Assembly: GCF_003918875.1 (NCBI RefSeq)
Contig: NW_025767431.1
Span: 62,001 to 126,000 of the forward strand
DNA length: 64,000 bases
From: Haliotis rubra
Lineage: Eukaryota
Reading direction: 5' to 3'
Shown here: one piece after another, positions 62,164 to 64,000 of the stretch
Position numbering within the stretch: position 1 is the stretch's first letter
Layout: the number at the start of each line of letters is the position of its first letter
Notes under the pieces: generated by a model
The model's database searches: none
What the model was told of the DNA's origin: nothing
What the model saw: the letters and a program-made list of their open reading frames with translations, nothing else
Translations under genes and position numbers: made by a program

Positions 62164-62344
62164 ATGAAAGTCACCAATCTCAGCAGGATCTGCTTTATCT
62201 TGTGTGGAATCATCGTCCTTCTGTCCTCGGTGTTTGCGGAATGTCCTGTTGGCAACATTTTGAATAACCTGTCTCAGACGTGTGTACGCTGTGTTGATGT
62301 CTGCGACCTCGCACGTGATCCTGGCTGTCTCAGTCGATGTCTGG
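62164..62344 (+). CDS. Receptor E exon 1 (signal peptide + CRD); remaining exons not identified, probably beyond the window
   Basis: MKVTNLSRICFILCGIIVLLSSVFAECPVGNILNNLSQTCVRCVDVCDLARDPGCLSRCL, then phase-1 G|GTGAGT. 181 nt as in A and B; Cys spacing 12-2-3-7-3. Confidence 0.82.
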
Positions 62345-63441
62345 GTGAGTGCGTCAACCATTATTGTCTTGTTATTACGCCATCTGACGTTTAAGTTTTT
62401 ACATTCATGATATAATCTGTATATTCCGCATTTTCCATTAACATCCACGGATGAAGTTGACCTAGAAAACTGGTGTGTGAAACATGACGAAATGGCGTCA
62501 TCGTTTCGTTTTCTGGCACGGTGGCAAGTATTTTGGCGACTACGCTAGGTTGTTGATTATTGGTTGTGATGGTAACTAATCATTTATAGGCTATCGGGAT
62601 TTACACTTTTCGTTCAGTGACAGATTTGTCAACAATTGGGAGAAAATGATAGAGGTAAACATTTTTACACATTATATTTTGTCTAATTTATTCACGATAA
62701 ATACTGATATTTTATTGAATATAAAATATAAAATCAAAATACTCTGCAAAATGACAATTATGTCAGTCGAACGTATTGACTGCTCAATGTAGTGGGAATG
62801 CCCAGAATTCCCTGATGTAAACAACTGACATGACTAGACACAAGCCTCGCTATCGAAATGCACCGAATGACCCTCGTTGCTACTACGTGCCGTGATACAA
62901 TTCGTCGAATGAGACATGACGAAAGCAAAGCTTCTAATCTAGGTTACTACGCACTTGTAAGTGCATGACACATTTCAAAGCGTATTTATACATACCATTA
63001 GCGTTTTCACGTATACACTGAATGTATGGTCTTAATAACTGTCTGTGGTAGAAATATGTTGCAGGAAACAACAGTGGATAGTGGATAGTGGATAGGCGAG
63101 CGCGTTGTCTGAAAACACATACTTTGAAAGTCACATGCAATTGCATTGAGATAGGTGATTGAACCTGTGGAAAATTTAGAAATTTGGGGCTGTAGCATTA
63201 CAGTAAGGATGGAAGAGACATGGTCCTGGGACTGTGATACGTACTGGCTGAGTGAATAGTGATGCCTCTTGTGTAATTTGGCCATTTGACTTGTTTATTG
63301 TGATGTTTGGCTCTGTAAGCACGAGGCCAACCAATCATCATTTTGAAGTGATCATAAACGAACTTGTATAATTTGAGTGATTACATTGAGTTGTTTGTGA
63401 TCATGTTCATTAAATAACATAGCCTATTATTTAATTAGTTA

Positions 63442-63665
63442 CCACGAAGATCGGGTTGGAATTGATCTTGTCGTAAGTCACTAACGGGATCGGGTAGTCA
63501 GGTTCACTGACTTGGTTGACACATGACATCGTATTCCAATTGCGTAGATCGATGCTCATGCTGTTAATCACTGGGTTGTCTGATTCAGGCTCGATTATTT
63601 ACAGACTGCCTCCATATAGCTGGAATATTGCTGAATGCGGCGTAAAACTAAACTCACTCACTCAC
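63442..63665 (+). mobile_element. SINE-like repeat; related copy at about 41490-41655
   Basis: Shared GTAGATCGATG.TCATGCTGTTAATCACTGG..ACAGAC..ATAGCTGGAATATTGCTGA.TGCGGCGT and an (ACTC)n tail. Confidence 0.75.
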
Positions 63666-64000
63666 TTCGTTTATGTAGAAGTGTAACCCTACACGTTCAG
63701 GTTTGTGTTCTATAAATGTCAGTGGGTTCTAATTGATGATTGATGACAGATAAACCCAAGCCTTACATATGCCACCGATTATAACAGTTGTCAAACAAAA
63801 CGCCAAATCTATTGTGGGGCTAGCCCAACATGTCATTAATAAATGTGACGCTACGCAAATACACACAGCAACATGTCTCTAGACAATATTTCTTAATGCC
63901 CCTTACGTTTTGAGGATAGGCTCGGTATATAAAAGACTATATTGTCCCAATGCCAGGTTCAAAGTACAAGGTATTTCACCAGGAATATAAATGGAAACGG

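Overview
AT-rich, intron-containing eukaryotic DNA. The SINE repertoire suggests a gastropod mollusc, probably abalone-like; this is an inference. No prokaryotic genes or CRISPR arrays are present. The main result is a + strand tandem cluster of six paralogous small type-I membrane receptor genes: A1 5599-7007, A2 32246-33739, B 36404-39790, C 46487-51899, D 56892-59798 and E 62164-beyond the window. The ORF track splits or misses them because they are spliced. Each encodes a signal peptide and one TNF-receptor cysteine-rich domain (CRD) with spacing C-x12-C-x2-C-x3-C-x11(7)-C-x3-C, i.e. TACI/BCMA/Grindelwald type. Where the exons are visible, the CRD is followed by a Ser/Thr stalk, one TM helix and a short, divergent tail with no death domain; some tails carry TRAF-like or ITIM-like motifs. 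A1 and A2 lie in a ~26.6 kb-offset duplication whose junction is a LINE fragment. They are separated by a ~16 kb 33-bp satellite interrupted by a TTAA-targeting DNA transposon. The rest is LINE/SINE/MITE/Tc1/Penelope debris and minisatellites. The long ORFs between 9.9-30 kb and 53-55 kb are tandem-repeat artefacts.
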